Positions 42,368 through 53,894 are shown, counted from the stretch's first letter. The stretch: DNA of 64,000 nt from Octopus sinensis (GCF_006345805.1 NC_043001.1:56172001-56236000); one strand, 5' to 3'. Notes: generated from the sequence alone by a model not told the origin. Numbers and translations: made by a program.

Positions 42368-42888
42368 TTCGTTTTTGAATTTGGCTTGCAAGATTAAAAG
42401 CGGTGTGTTTGTTAATCTGAGGTTTTCTCCATTTTCTGACTATTTGTAGTTGTTTCCTGAGAAACTCTTCTCCATCTTGCTGTTATCTGCATACTACGTG
42501 CATAGTGTGCTTGTACACCAATGCTGAGGGGTTAACACGGGTAATGTATACCGATAGTATATACGGATGTTTTATCCCTTAATCGGTTATTAAAACCGCT
42601 AACTCTGTTTGCACTCATATACATATATATATAATATAATATAATATAATATAATATAATATAATATAATATTTTGAACACAGCATGTCAGCTAACAAAT
42701 GTTTTCTCAGTAAAAAATCTCAGCATCGATAAGATAAATATTGTACGGAATAAAAAAGAGTTGCAGGATGGGTCAAAACGATCGTCTTACGGAATAAAGA
42801 TTAGTACAAATCCATCTTCTGTCCCCTTAATCGACTATATATATGTGTGTGTGTGTGTGTGCGTGTGTGTGTGCGCGCGTGTGTGTGT

Positions 42889-42923
<35 letters not shown>

Positions 42924-43467
42924 TATATATATATGCATATATATATATGCATATATATATCGAGACGTGTGTGAATTAAGTGTTCGTGTAGTATACATAA
43001 GAGCAAAAGACGGAAACATGAAGTGTAGTCATAAGAGTATTAAGTTTTACATTTCCTCTCGTTTGGCTAATAAATATATGCTGTCTGTCACTTGCGTTTA
43101 AAATGTAAACATGTACTCGCAGCTTAATATCTTTGGTTAACCAACAAATGTTATATGATATGTATGATATATGTGCTCTCTCTATCTCACCCTTTCTATC
43201 TCTTTCCTCACTTACATATATACATACACATATATGTATATATGTAATATATTGTATATCTATATATCTATACATGCGTATATGTACACACATCCTTTAT
43301 CTTTTACTTATTTTAGTCATTAGACTGCGGCCATGGTACAGCACCGCCTTCAGAATTTTTAGCCGAATCGACTGATCCCGGTAGTTACTTTTTAAGTATG
43401 GTACATATATGCATGTATGTACGTCCGTATGTATTTATGTATGTATGTATTTATATCTATCTGTTTG

Positions 43468-43580
<113 letters not shown>

Positions 43581-44590
43581 ATCTATCTATCTATCTATCT
43601 ATTTATTTATTCATCGATAGATAGATAGATAGATAGACAGTATCTATCTATCTATCTATTTATTTATTCATCGATAGATAGATAGATAGATAGACAGGCA
43701 GACAGATAGATACATAGATAAATAGATATACAAGTACAAGTTGGCCAGAGACAGGTATATGCATAACTTTGACAAATACTGCTATATAATTTACTATAAT
43801 ACGTTAATTCTTGTGTTGTTAAAGTTATCTGTGCATGTGGTGGATGTGAGACAATTAGCTAATGTCAACTGAGTATGGCGCCATATCAGAAGGGGAAATA
43901 ATCTCGAGAAAATTTCTTCGAATTTGAAATGCCATAGAAGAAAAGAATGTGTTTATTGTGATGACATGATGACAATCATGGACGCATGTTGTATATGTAC
44001 ACACACACACACATTCATATAGATGCAAGACATAAATACATAGATACACACATATATATATATATATGGACATACATAGATACACATAGATACATATATA
44101 CACGCGCACACGGTCGCAAATACACGTTCACAAACACACATACATACACACCCACCCACACATATAAATATAAAACCATATATACGCACGTGTATATATG
44201 TGAATATGTGTGTGTGTGTCTATAGGCACCTTGCTCGACAAATTAAAAATTTGGTGTAAGTTAAAATCTCAACGAAAATGCAAACTATATCAACATATAA
44301 AGTAGTAATATTTACCACCTGTGTAAAAAAGGCAATCATAAACGCGTTTATGTTGGTGATGATGATCATGATGACGAAGAAGAAGAGTAGAAAGAGGAAA
44401 AGGAGGTGGAGGTGGAGGAAGAAAAAGAAGATTATTATGGAGTAGCTCGCTATTTGGTGAAGTATAACACCCATCCCCCCAGACCTACACACACGCACAC
44501 ACATATGTATATATACACACACATACATACATATATGTATACATACATACACACACATACACACACACACATATACTCTCTCTTTTCTCT

Positions 44591-44979
44591 CTTTTACTCT
44601 CTCTTTTACTTGTTTCAGTCATTTGACTGCGGCCATGCTGGAGCACCGCCTTTTAGTCGAACAAATCGACCCCGGGAATTATTCTTTTGCCGAACTGCTA
44701 AGTGACGGGGACGTAAACACACCAGCATCGGGTGTCAAGCAATGCTAGGGGGACAAACACAGACACACAAACACATACACACACACACACATATATATAT
44801 ATATACACATATATACGACAGGCTTCTTTCAGTTTCCGTTTACCAAATCAACTCACGAGGCATTGGTCGGCCCGGGGCTAGAGCAGAAGACACTTGCCTA
44901 AGATGCCACGCAGTGGGACTGAACTCGGAACCATGTGGTTGGTTAGCAAGCTACTTACCACATAGCCACTCCTGCGCCT
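44591..44979 (-). mobile_element. SINE family B, full length
   Basis: Minus strand begins AGGCGCAGGAGTGGCTATGTGGTAAG (A box), has GAGTTCAGTCCC (B box) and ends in an (AGTAAAAG)-type tail. Confidence 0.93.
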
Positions 44980-45141
44980 ATATATATATATATTTATATT
45001 TATATATATTTATATATATATATTGTTATATTTCGGAATGGTCATATTGCCAGTTTAGCCAATAAAAACACACACACTATATATTTGGTGTTATTTTGCT
45101 TCAGTGATATTTATTTTTTACATTAATCTTAATCTTATTTC

Positions 45142-45185
45142 GACCAGAGTTCTTTCGTCACACTCCTGTGACCGCATCAGTGGTC
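45142..45185 (-). ncRNA. Minimal type I hammerhead ribozyme motif (left arm)
   Basis: GACCA-CTGATG(CG)-GTCAC-AGGAGT-GTGAC-GAAA-GAAC-TC-TGGTC: 5-bp stem I, core, 5-bp stem II, GAAA, minimal stem III, CUC triplet. Core position A9 is altered. Confidence 0.65.
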
Positions 45186-45531
45186 CTTTGTTTTCTTCTT
45201 TCGTATTTGTGTCTCTCCTTACTAACCGTCAGCCATTTTGTATTTCTATTGTATGTCTTCATTTGCGCATGCTTATATCTCTATGTGCGTCTATGTTTAT
45301 TTAGTGTGTGTGTGGGGGGATGCCTATAATATTTGTATCTTCTGTTTATATACATTACATGAATGTATATAAACAGAAGATACAAATATTACAGGCATCC
45401 CCCCACACACACTAAATAAACATAGACGCACATAGAGATATAAGCATGCGCAAATGAAGACATACAATAGAAATACAAAATGGCTGACGGTTAGTAAGGA
45501 GAGACACAAATACGAAAGAAGAAAAACAAAG

Positions 45532-45575
45532 GATCACTGATGCGGTCACAGGAGTGTGACGAAAGAACTCTGGCC
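45532..45575 (+). ncRNA. Minimal type I hammerhead ribozyme motif (right arm)
   Basis: GATCA-CTGATG(CG)-GTCAC-AGGAGT-GTGAC-GAAA-GAAC-TC-TGGCC; mirror copy with a weaker stem I. Confidence 0.6.
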
Positions 45576-45871
45576 GAAATAAGATTAAGATTAATGTAAA
45601 AAATAAATATCACTGAAGCAAAATAACACCAAATATATAGTGCGTGTGTTTTTATTGGCTAAAATGGCTATATGACTATTCCGAAATATAACAATATCTG
45701 TTTCAACACACGACTTCACATAAAAAATCTTGCACAACAAATATTTAAACGTATATATATATATATTTATTATATATTTATATATATATATTATATATTT
45801 TATATATATATATCTTTACTTCTTTATCCCCGTCTGTCTTGATAGACAATGGGTTGCGCCAAGAGTGGGGC

Positions 45872-48800
45872 CTACTTTGATGATGTGCAGCGTCTGCTGT
45901 GACTGAACAGTCCAATTCTAGAGTGGCAGTCCTTGGTACAGTTGCTGCACACGAACATCGATGGGTACGTGTGGGGTGTTGCTGCAGTTGTCCTCCTCCT
46001 GTCCCGCCTGTCCAACCACAGCTGTGCTCTCCTCTCCTCAGCCATGGAAACGCCTTTCCTCACCGTCCGACGCCAGGCAGAGCGGTCAGCAGCTGTTCCC
46101 TCCCACGTGTTCACACAGATGTTGGCAGTCCTCAGGTCGCGCTTGCACACGTCCCTGTATCGTAGCTGTGGACGTCCCTTGGGTCGGGATCCCGTGGTGA
46201 GTTCGCTGTACAGTATGTCTTTAGGCATGCGACCGTCCTGCATGCGGCAGACGTGTCCGAGCCAGCGCAGTCGTCTCCGCACGAGGAGGGCATACATGCT
46301 TGGCATATTAGTCTGTTCCAGGATGACTCCGTTTGGTACTCGGTCCTTCCAGGAGATGCCAAGGATCCGTCGAAGACACCGCATGTGGAAGTCGCTGAGG
46401 CGGCATTCCTGCCGGGTGTATGTTGTCCAGCTCTCGCTGCCGTAGAGTAGGGTGCTCAGCACGCAGGCTCGGTACACTGCGATCTTGGTGGTTATTGTGA
46501 GCATGTTGTTTTCCCACACTCTCCTGGAGAGCTTAGCCATGGCAACAGCAGCCTTCCCGATCCGTCTGTCCAGCTCCGGCTCGAGGGACAGGCTGCTGGA
46601 GACCGGCGATCCCAGGTAAGTGAACTCGTTCACCACCTGCAAGCTGTGGTCGCCGACACTGATGCTGGGGACCCCTCCGACGTCCTGGCCCATGATCTCT
46701 GTCTTTTTCAGGCTGATGGTAAGGCCGAAATCTTGGCAGGCATCCGCCAGGGAGCTGACCAGCCTCTGGAGACCCGGTTGGTTGTGTGATGTTAGGGCGG
46801 CATCGTCAGCAAAGAGGATCTCTCTGATCAGCACCTGACGGACTTTGGTCTTAGCTCTGAGGCGCGCAAGATTGAACAATCCACCATCAGCCCTGGTGTG
46901 GAGGAACACTCCGTCGTCGGATGTTCTGAAGGCATAGGACAGGACAAGGGAGAACAAAATTCGGAAGAGCGTCGGCGCCAGAACGCAACCCTGTTTCACT
47001 CCACTCTGGATGGGGAATGACTCCGAGGGCGATCCGTCAAACTGCACTGTTCCCTGCACACCGTCGTGAAAGGAGGTGATGAGTTTCAGCAGTCTGGGAG
47101 GGCAACCTATCCTACCCAGGAGCGCAAACAGCCCATCCCTGCTGACTGAGTCGAACGCCTTAGCCAGGTCGATGAAGGCCACGTATAGGGGCTGTCTCTG
47201 TTCTCGACTCTTTTCTTGAAGCTGCCTGAGTGAGAAGATAATGTCAATTGTAGACCTCTCTGCCCTAAAGCCAGATTGAGACTCGGGGTACACACGCTCT
47301 GCAAGTATTTGCAACCTCTTCAGGACCACCCTGGCAAATGCCTTACCGACAGTGCTGAGCAGTGATATGCCCCTGTAGTTATTGCAGTCGCTTCTGTCCC
47401 CTTTGTTTTTATACAGTGTGATGATGTTTGCGTCACGCATATCCTTAGGGACAGAGCCCTCCTCCCAGCACTGACAGAGCAGCTCGTGGAGATGGCCCAG
47501 AAGGGCTGGCTTCCCGCACTGGATGACTTCTGCGGAGATGCCGTCTTGCCCTGGTGCCTTGCCCCGAGCGAGTGAGTCAATTGCTTTGCTCAGTTCTTCC
47601 TTTGTTGGAGGCAGGTCAAGCTCCTCCATGACAGGCAGAGCAGGAATGCCGGCGAGGGCAGACCTGGTGACCACATTCTCAGTGGAGTAGAGGTTCTGGT
47701 AATGCTCGACCCACCTCTCCATCTGCTTCGCTTGGTCCTTGATGACCTCGCCATCTCTGGACTTCAGTGGAGCAACCTTTCTGACAGTGGGCCCGAATGC
47801 TTTCTTCATCCCCTCGTACATCCCTTTCACGTTACCACTGTCAGCACAGCACTGGATGTTCTGGCATAAGTTCTGCCAGTAGATGTTGGCGCAACGTCTG
47901 GCCGTCCTCTGGGCGTCGCTTCTGGCTGTTCTCAGAGTAGCCAGGTTCTTTTCTGATGGGTCGCGCTTATAGTTGACCAGTGCTTCCCTCTTGGCAGCAA
48001 TGACAGGCTCCATCTCAGGCAGGTGAGCTTCAAACCAGTCTTGATTTCTCCGCTCCCTCTTTCCTAGGGATGACATGGCTATTCTGCAAGTGGCGTCGCG
48101 AATAATCTGCCATCTCTCCTCGATGGACGTGGCTGCGTGATCTTTAAGGGCCTCCTCCATGCGGTTGGTGAATTCCGAGCGGAGGTCGGGGTTGGTTGTC
48201 CTGGCGGTGTTGATGCGTGGGCGGCTTTTCCCTACGGGACGGTTGATTTTCTTTGGGGCCAATCGGACCCTGCTGCACACCAAAGAGTGGTCTGTATCAC
48301 AGTCAGCACCATGGTAGCTGCGTGTGAGAAGCACACTGCCGAGGTGGGCTCGCCGGGTGATGACCATGTCCAGTTGGTGCCAGTGTCCGGACCTTGGGTG
48401 CCTCCATGAGACCTGGTGATGCGGCTTAGTCATGAAGAATGTGTTGGAAACGCAGAGTTTCCGGTAAGAGCAAAGCTCCAACAGTCTCTGGCCATTCTCA
48501 TTCACCTTCCCCACGCCAAAGCGTCCAAGGCAATCTGGCCATGCCCCATGATCGGATCCCACCCTTGCGTTGAAGTCGCACAGAAGGAAGATGGGCTCTG
48601 ACCCTGGTATCTGGCTGATGGTGGCGTCGAGCTCCTCATAGAACCGGTCTTTTATTTCCTGAGGAGAGTGGAGTGTTGGGGCATAAGCACTAATTATGTT
48701 TGCCTTCCCCGTTGATGTTGCAATGTTAAGAGTGAGGATGCGCTCTGAGCCATTTGAAGGAGGGATCACCATGGGGAGCAAGCTGTTCCTCACGGCAAAC

Positions 48801-49036
48801 CCCACGCCATGCTGGCGGGCCTCCTCGACGGGTCTCCCCTGCCAGTAGAAGGTGTAGTCCTTCTCCCGTAGCATGCCGTCTGCGGCGAGCCTGGTCTCTT
48901 GCAGCGCCGCTATGTCGATGTTCAGCCTTTTCAATTCGGTGTTGATGACTGCTGTCTTCCTACTGTCGTTCATCTGTCGTAGATCGTCAATGATGCCAGG
49001 GCACATGGTCCTGACATTCCAGGTGGCCAGTCGCAA
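45872..49036 (-). CDS. RTE ORF: APE endonuclease + reverse transcriptase + C-terminal CCHC finger (1054 aa, uninterrupted)
   Basis: TWNVRT, LQETR, CDFNARVG, TDH (endonuclease); QSGFR, FIDLAKAFDSV, GVKQGCVLAPTLF, LFADD, YLGS (RT); CSNCTKDCHSRIGLFSHSRRC. No in-frame ATG precedes the endonuclease motif. Confidence 0.97.
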   Translation of the reverse strand: MRLATWNVRTMCPGIIDDLRQMNDSRKTAVINTELKRLNIDIAALQETRLAADGMLREKDYTFYWQGRPVEEARQHGVGFAVRNSLLPMVIPPSNGSERILTLNIATSTGKANIISAYAPTLHSPQEIKDRFYEELDATISQIPGSEPIFLLCDFNARVGSDHGAWPDCLGRFGVGKVNENGQRLLELCSYRKLCVSNTFFMTKPHHQVSWRHPRSGHWHQLDMVITRRAHLGSVLLTRSYHGADCDTDHSLVCSRVRLAPKKINRPVGKSRPRINTARTTNPDLRSEFTNRMEEALKDHAATSIEERWQIIRDATCRIAMSSLGKRERRNQDWFEAHLPEMEPVIAAKREALVNYKRDPSEKNLATLRTARSDAQRTARRCANIYWQNLCQNIQCCADSGNVKGMYEGMKKAFGPTVRKVAPLKSRDGEVIKDQAKQMERWVEHYQNLYSTENVVTRSALAGIPALPVMEELDLPPTKEELSKAIDSLARGKAPGQDGISAEVIQCGKPALLGHLHELLCQCWEEGSVPKDMRDANIITLYKNKGDRSDCNNYRGISLLSTVGKAFARVVLKRLQILAERVYPESQSGFRAERSTIDIIFSLRQLQEKSREQRQPLYVAFIDLAKAFDSVSRDGLFALLGRIGCPPRLLKLITSFHDGVQGTVQFDGSPSESFPIQSGVKQGCVLAPTLFRILFSLVLSYAFRTSDDGVFLHTRADGGLFNLARLRAKTKVRQVLIREILFADDAALTSHNQPGLQRLVSSLADACQDFGLTISLKKTEIMGQDVGGVPSISVGDHSLQVVNEFTYLGSPVSSSLSLEPELDRRIGKAAVAMAKLSRRVWENNMLTITTKIAVYRACVLSTLLYGSESWTTYTRQECRLSDFHMRCLRRILGISWKDRVPNGVILEQTNMPSMYALLVRRRLRWLGHVCRMQDGRMPKDILYSELTTGSRPKGRPQLRYRDVCKRDLRTANICVNTWEGTAADRSAWRRTVRKGVSMAEERRAQLWLDRRDRRRTTAATPHTYPSMFVCSNCTKDCHSRIGLFSHSRRCTSSK

Positions 49037-49495
49037 GACTGGTGACTGGGTGCAGGGTTTTCAGTCTGCTTTTCAGATTTTGTCCTAGCTCCAAGCACCC
49101 ATTGAAGCGGGCAGTCTGTGGCAGGTCAGCATCATTATTGGCCGGGGGCTGCCCAGCTTAAGGCGGGCGGTAGCTGACCAGTGGGACTTCAATGATCCCT
49201 CCCACCGTTAGCGCCCGGGATTACGCCAATTCACCCTGGCTTATAACTCGTAACTGCCATCTCAGCTTGTTCCATCGATGGAGTAGTTTCTCCATGGCGC
49301 AAGCCTGGGCGGTAGAAACGAAGACACTGGGCTGCCCAGACACCAGAATCTCCCTCTCGGCCCCCCAGACATAATCAAAAGGAATGCAGTGCAGTACGTT
49401 TGGAGTCTGGTTGGCTGCAGAAGTTGCCGGAAAGGGGTCGAGATTCGACACCCTACCGCCTTCGGGGCTCCACTCCGGATTTTCTGTCTGGGTTT

Positions 49496-49602
49496 ACTCC
49501 CATAGCCTTTACCTCTCCCAAGAGCATCCGCAAGGCAGCGGAGCGAGGGTTTACACCTGGAGAGGAGAGGCTATGAGTGACGCAATCACTTTCCTTTGCT
49601 CC

Positions 49603-49604
<2 letters not shown>
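49496..49604 (-). ncRNA. Candidate HDV-like ribozyme at RTE 5' end
   Basis: P1 GGGAGCA/TGCTCTT with G.U at position 1, then GG; P2 GCTCC/GGAGT; P3 CGC/GCG around TGCCTT; GCTAT before the 3' strand of P2. Fit is partial (no clear P4). Confidence 0.45.
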
Positions 49605-49640
<36 letters not shown>

Positions 49641-50090
49641 AAATCAAATTGCGATAAAATAAAAATAATTATAATCGCTGGTATTACTAACACAAGCCAT
49701 ATATTTTTCATATATCAGTACATTAAGGCGAAATATGTGCTAGGAATACAGAAGCTTGATAAATTAAGTGAAATGAAGATAAAAACATTTACTAAACCGG
49801 TAATTCTCAGACTGCAGTTTCTTTCTTTTCAGCAATAAAGATAATTTATTTGCTCAGGGAGAAAATTCTTCAGTGAGACCCTGTTTTTCTGGGATCCTAA
49901 CTCACTAGAAGCATGTGTTTCTAATGATTTACTCTCCCTAACTAATCATATCACTGCGCAGACTCCGAACGTCCCAACAGAACTAGGGAATTCTGGTATA
50001 TCGCCTGGCACTCATAATTTATCGAGAAATATGTAAACAAATCAAATTGCGATAAAATAAAAAAAATAATTATAATCGCTGGTATTACTA

Positions 50091-50139
<49 letters not shown>

Positions 50140-50164
<25 letters not shown>

Positions 50165-51385
50165 CATGTACATACACATACATGTACATGCCTCCATATA
50201 TATGATATATATGTATATATACACGCATATATGGGTACAGGATGTCAAAAAACATGAACAAAATGAGAAACGCGAACATAAAACAAAAGCATGGAAAACA
50301 ACGAAAGAAACAAATAGAGAAACGAGACAGGCAACATAAAGAACGTTCCCTACATCAGTTGTCCCCTGTTTTATCTACTCTACATATATATGTATATATA
50401 CATGCATATATGGGTATAGAACGTCAAAAAAAATGTGAGCAAAATGAGAAACGAGAACATAAAAGACAAAAGCATGCACATGCATACATATATATATGCA
50501 TATATATATATATATATACGCATGCATATAGATGTCCTGTACCCATATATGCATGTAAATATACATATATATGTAGGTATGTACATATCTGTATGTATAT
50601 ATGCATATATTTATATATTATTTATATTATTATATAATCGAACGCCACACATCCTTTTCCAAGTAAGTTTTATCTTAATAATTACGATGTGCACTCTTCT
50701 ATCTCTCTCCCTCTCTTGTTCTTCATCCTTTCTGGTTTTCTCTCCCACCCTTCCCTATTCTTCTCCTCTCCTCTTCACTGTTCCCTGTCTCTCATTCCTC
50801 CTCCTCGACTCTCTCGTCTCTGACACGTGACGAAAGAGAATCTACCTTTCTATCCACAACGTTCGTAAAAACTAAACGTGGTTATACTGTCTCCTTCATA
50901 AGCTCATCTTCCTAAACGTTCATGATAATTTTTCTATCGTCTTGGCTTAACATCTCTCACCATTTGTTTTTACTGTTTTGTCCACATTGTTCTGTTTTTT
51001 ACTGTTTTTACTGTTTTGTTCTCACTGTCCTGTTCTTGTTACCACTTTCACCCTCTGCAAAAAATTCCAAATTTTATTTAATTTGCTTTGCGGGAAGGAT
51101 TGTTTCAACGAAGTCGCATCTTGTCCTTCGAATCGTGGAGTAGTTGAAACAGGGACAACTGAAGAAGGAGAATATTCTTTATGTTGTATGTCTCGTTTCT
51201 CTGTTTGTTTCTTTCGTTGTTCGAAAAAACGTTTGTTTCTATGATTTTGTTTTTGTGTTTTCGTTTCTCATTGTGTTCATCGTTATTTTTTTGATGTCCT
51301 GTACCCATATATGCATGTATATATACATATAGATGTAGGTATGTACATATATGTATGTATACATGCATATATTTATATATTATTT
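50140..51385. mobile_element. Cluster of non-autonomous repeat family P copies in opposite orientations plus a pLTR-like segment
   Basis: GGGACAACTGA(A/T)G(A/T)AGG...GTCCTGTACCCATATATGCATG unit on minus at ~50190-50470 and on plus at 50530-50620 and 51105-51385. Hammerhead-like relic at 50822-50866. Confidence 0.7.
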
Positions 51386-51394
51386 ATATTATTG

Positions 51395-51436
<42 letters not shown>

Positions 51437-52218
51437 ATATATATATAATATATATATATATATTATATATATATATATATATATCTTTGTGTGTAATAGT
51501 AGTCTAGCAGAGAGTGTAAACTAGGTAAACAACATGTTGACGCAAAGAAGATACAAGTACAATTACTTTGCATCAAGATAACATTAACACCTTAGCCGGG
51601 CGTAAGTCGTCACTTAAGGTATTTTGGACATCCAGTCGGGATGGCCATATGTTTGCATATGTGTATGTATGTACATATGCATGTGTGTATACACACATAC
51701 ATGTGCCTATGTATCTATGCATATATACATACATGATACATGTGCCTATGTATCTATGTATATATCTAGGTCGGGTCGCATGTGTACATATCTAGTGTCT
51801 CACTACTGCGCCACCATATGATGGGATGTATGAAGGAAGCATCTGCTAGTAAGGTTGAATGAGGTGACCGCTATTTTCTTAATGATAACAATAACTAACG
51901 AGAAAGCAAAAACAAAAAAAATGAAGAAGACATATAAGGAAACATTGTGGCTGATTGTACAGAAATGGGATCAAATTAAGCTGAGGATTATTTCTTGTTT
52001 AACCAGAACGCTATTTCATTATGTACAGTATTGAAACCATTTGTTTTGATTTACTTGTAGTGGAACATTTTAGATAACAATAAACAGCTGGTTGCACTAA
52101 AAAGTGGATTTAACAAAATTCTAAGTGTGTTTCGCAGTCACTAATTTCGATAACAATTGTAGTTTGATAACATTATCCGTGATTATATTAAGTACACACA
52201 TACACGCATGTATGCATA

Positions 52219-52292
<74 letters not shown>

Positions 52293-52619
52293 TGTGTACA
52301 CCCGCGCGTGTGTGTGTGTATGTATGTGTGCGTGCCTCTGCTTTCCAACAGAATAGCTGCGTTCGAGCGGAAGATTAATTGTAAGCCATAGGGATTTTGT
52401 TTGTGTGTGTGAGTATATGAACGTGTGAGCGCGCGCATGTTAAGTTCGTTCGGTGTGGATGTTTCATGACTAAATCCTGATATGGATATGCATTGTTGTA
52501 ATATAAGAAAGTGAGAAACAGAAATTACCTGAGAAACTGAAGTGACAGGCGATAGGTTTTGTAATCCGGTGTTACTTTGTCAGCTCGTCTAAAACCGGTT
52601 TGCCTGTATACAATACTTC

Positions 52620-53720
52620 ATACAGTAGGAATTTGATTTAGTCGATCGCTTCTTTTGGTTGCTGCGGATGAAACAGCCAGTGGCATGAAAGTAACATGAC
52701 CGAAATGGCTGGTGACCGAATGGGAAAAGATGTTAGAGTGGCAGGGATAGTTGGACAGAAATCAAATAGTATGATAACTAATGTAACAGGACTGTATACC
52801 AGGGTGTCACCAATGCTGTGGTTTTGCCGATGGAAGGAAATCTTGTACAATCTAAGAATGCTAAATCATGAGATAGATATGCATTGTTGTAATAGCAGTG
52901 TAAGATTGTAGAAGAAGGATGTCTTGCAGCATGGTAATTCTGCGATTGTAAGACGGGAAGATGGAAGATGAAAGGAAAAGAAAGATAGCAGGTCGAGTGT
53001 GAGGCAGAAAGGAAGAGATGCGAGGGCGTGACGATGAGCAATTGTGATGGTTAGTTGAGGAAAACCCTGTTTTAGGAAGGATGGAATTATTTCGTGAGAT
53101 GTGTAACCTCGAAATCGGAACCGTAACTACAGGGTTGGTGAGGGCGGAGAAATCGAGTAGAAGCTGACTCTGTGATGACTTAGGTGAGATGAAGTTTAGA
53201 AGTGAGACTTGATTGATGTATAAAAGATGGAGGTGGAAAGATTGGGAAGGGAGATAAGCCAGAAGTTGAGAGATGTGTTGGAGAGAATATATGCAAAATG
53301 TAAAACATGGTGGAAAGAATTAACGAACGAAATAAACGACGTGAGGATATGGGAGGTGACATTGATTCAGGTTTAGATGTGACGACTATAGAGCCCTGAG
53401 ATGCGGCTGGAAAAATGAATGAAGATCTAGGTTTGAAGGTAAACTACGAACATATATGATTCCCAGAAAAGAAAAAGCAGCTGAAAGGGAATACCAGTAG
53501 GAGAATAGTTGTGGTGCAAGGCTCGGAAGTAATGAGCCGGTGCAAGAAATAGTTTAGAAGTAGAAATCCAAAAACGTGGAGGATGTCAATGCAGAGGGAC
53601 TGTAAAAAAAGGCTACAAGAAACAAGAGTAGGACAAAGAATTGAAGAGTTGAAGGGTAAGTTTGGTATCATGGATCAGTAAGAAAACTGAAGAAAACCTA
53701 GTAGTTGTATGACAAACTGT
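52620..53720 (-). mobile_element. Degraded Penelope-like RT/linker relic
   Basis: NYHAARH...ISFHRQNHSIGDTLVYSPV...CPTIPATLTSFPIRSP resembles the Penelope TYHP...ISFKRxxNIGDxLVxS...CxTCPFI linker; many stops. Confidence 0.5.
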
Positions 53721-53894
53721 TCGAAATGTAGATATTCCTTCCTTTCTTTTCTATTGCAATTCATACAACTTTGTACTTCTGTTTGTTGATTTCTTATACG
53801 TTTTTTCTTATGCTTCTCTTCCTGAATGACCCAGGATATATTAATCTAATTCAGCGACGCAGACCGAACCTGGATTACTGTACTGGTTTTAATA

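Larger units (their letters stand above)
45020..45697. mobile_element. Young palindromic (fold-back) non-coding element, probably Penelope pLTR-derived
   Basis: Arms 45020-45356 and 45362-45697 are reverse complements (7 substitutions and 2 small indels by manual count); 5-nt spacer ACATG. Confidence 0.95.
45814..49604 (-). mobile_element. Full-length RTE-clade LINE inserted in (TA)n
   Basis: ~570-nt structured 5' leader, single long ORF, short 3' UTR ending AAAGAAGTAAAG, (TA)n on both sides. About 57% GC in a sampled 60-mer versus AT-rich flanks. Confidence 0.97.

Noticed and set aside
45899-49088. Short ORFs overlapping the RTE on both strands
   Set aside because: Off-frame and antisense shadows of a GC-rich coding sequence.
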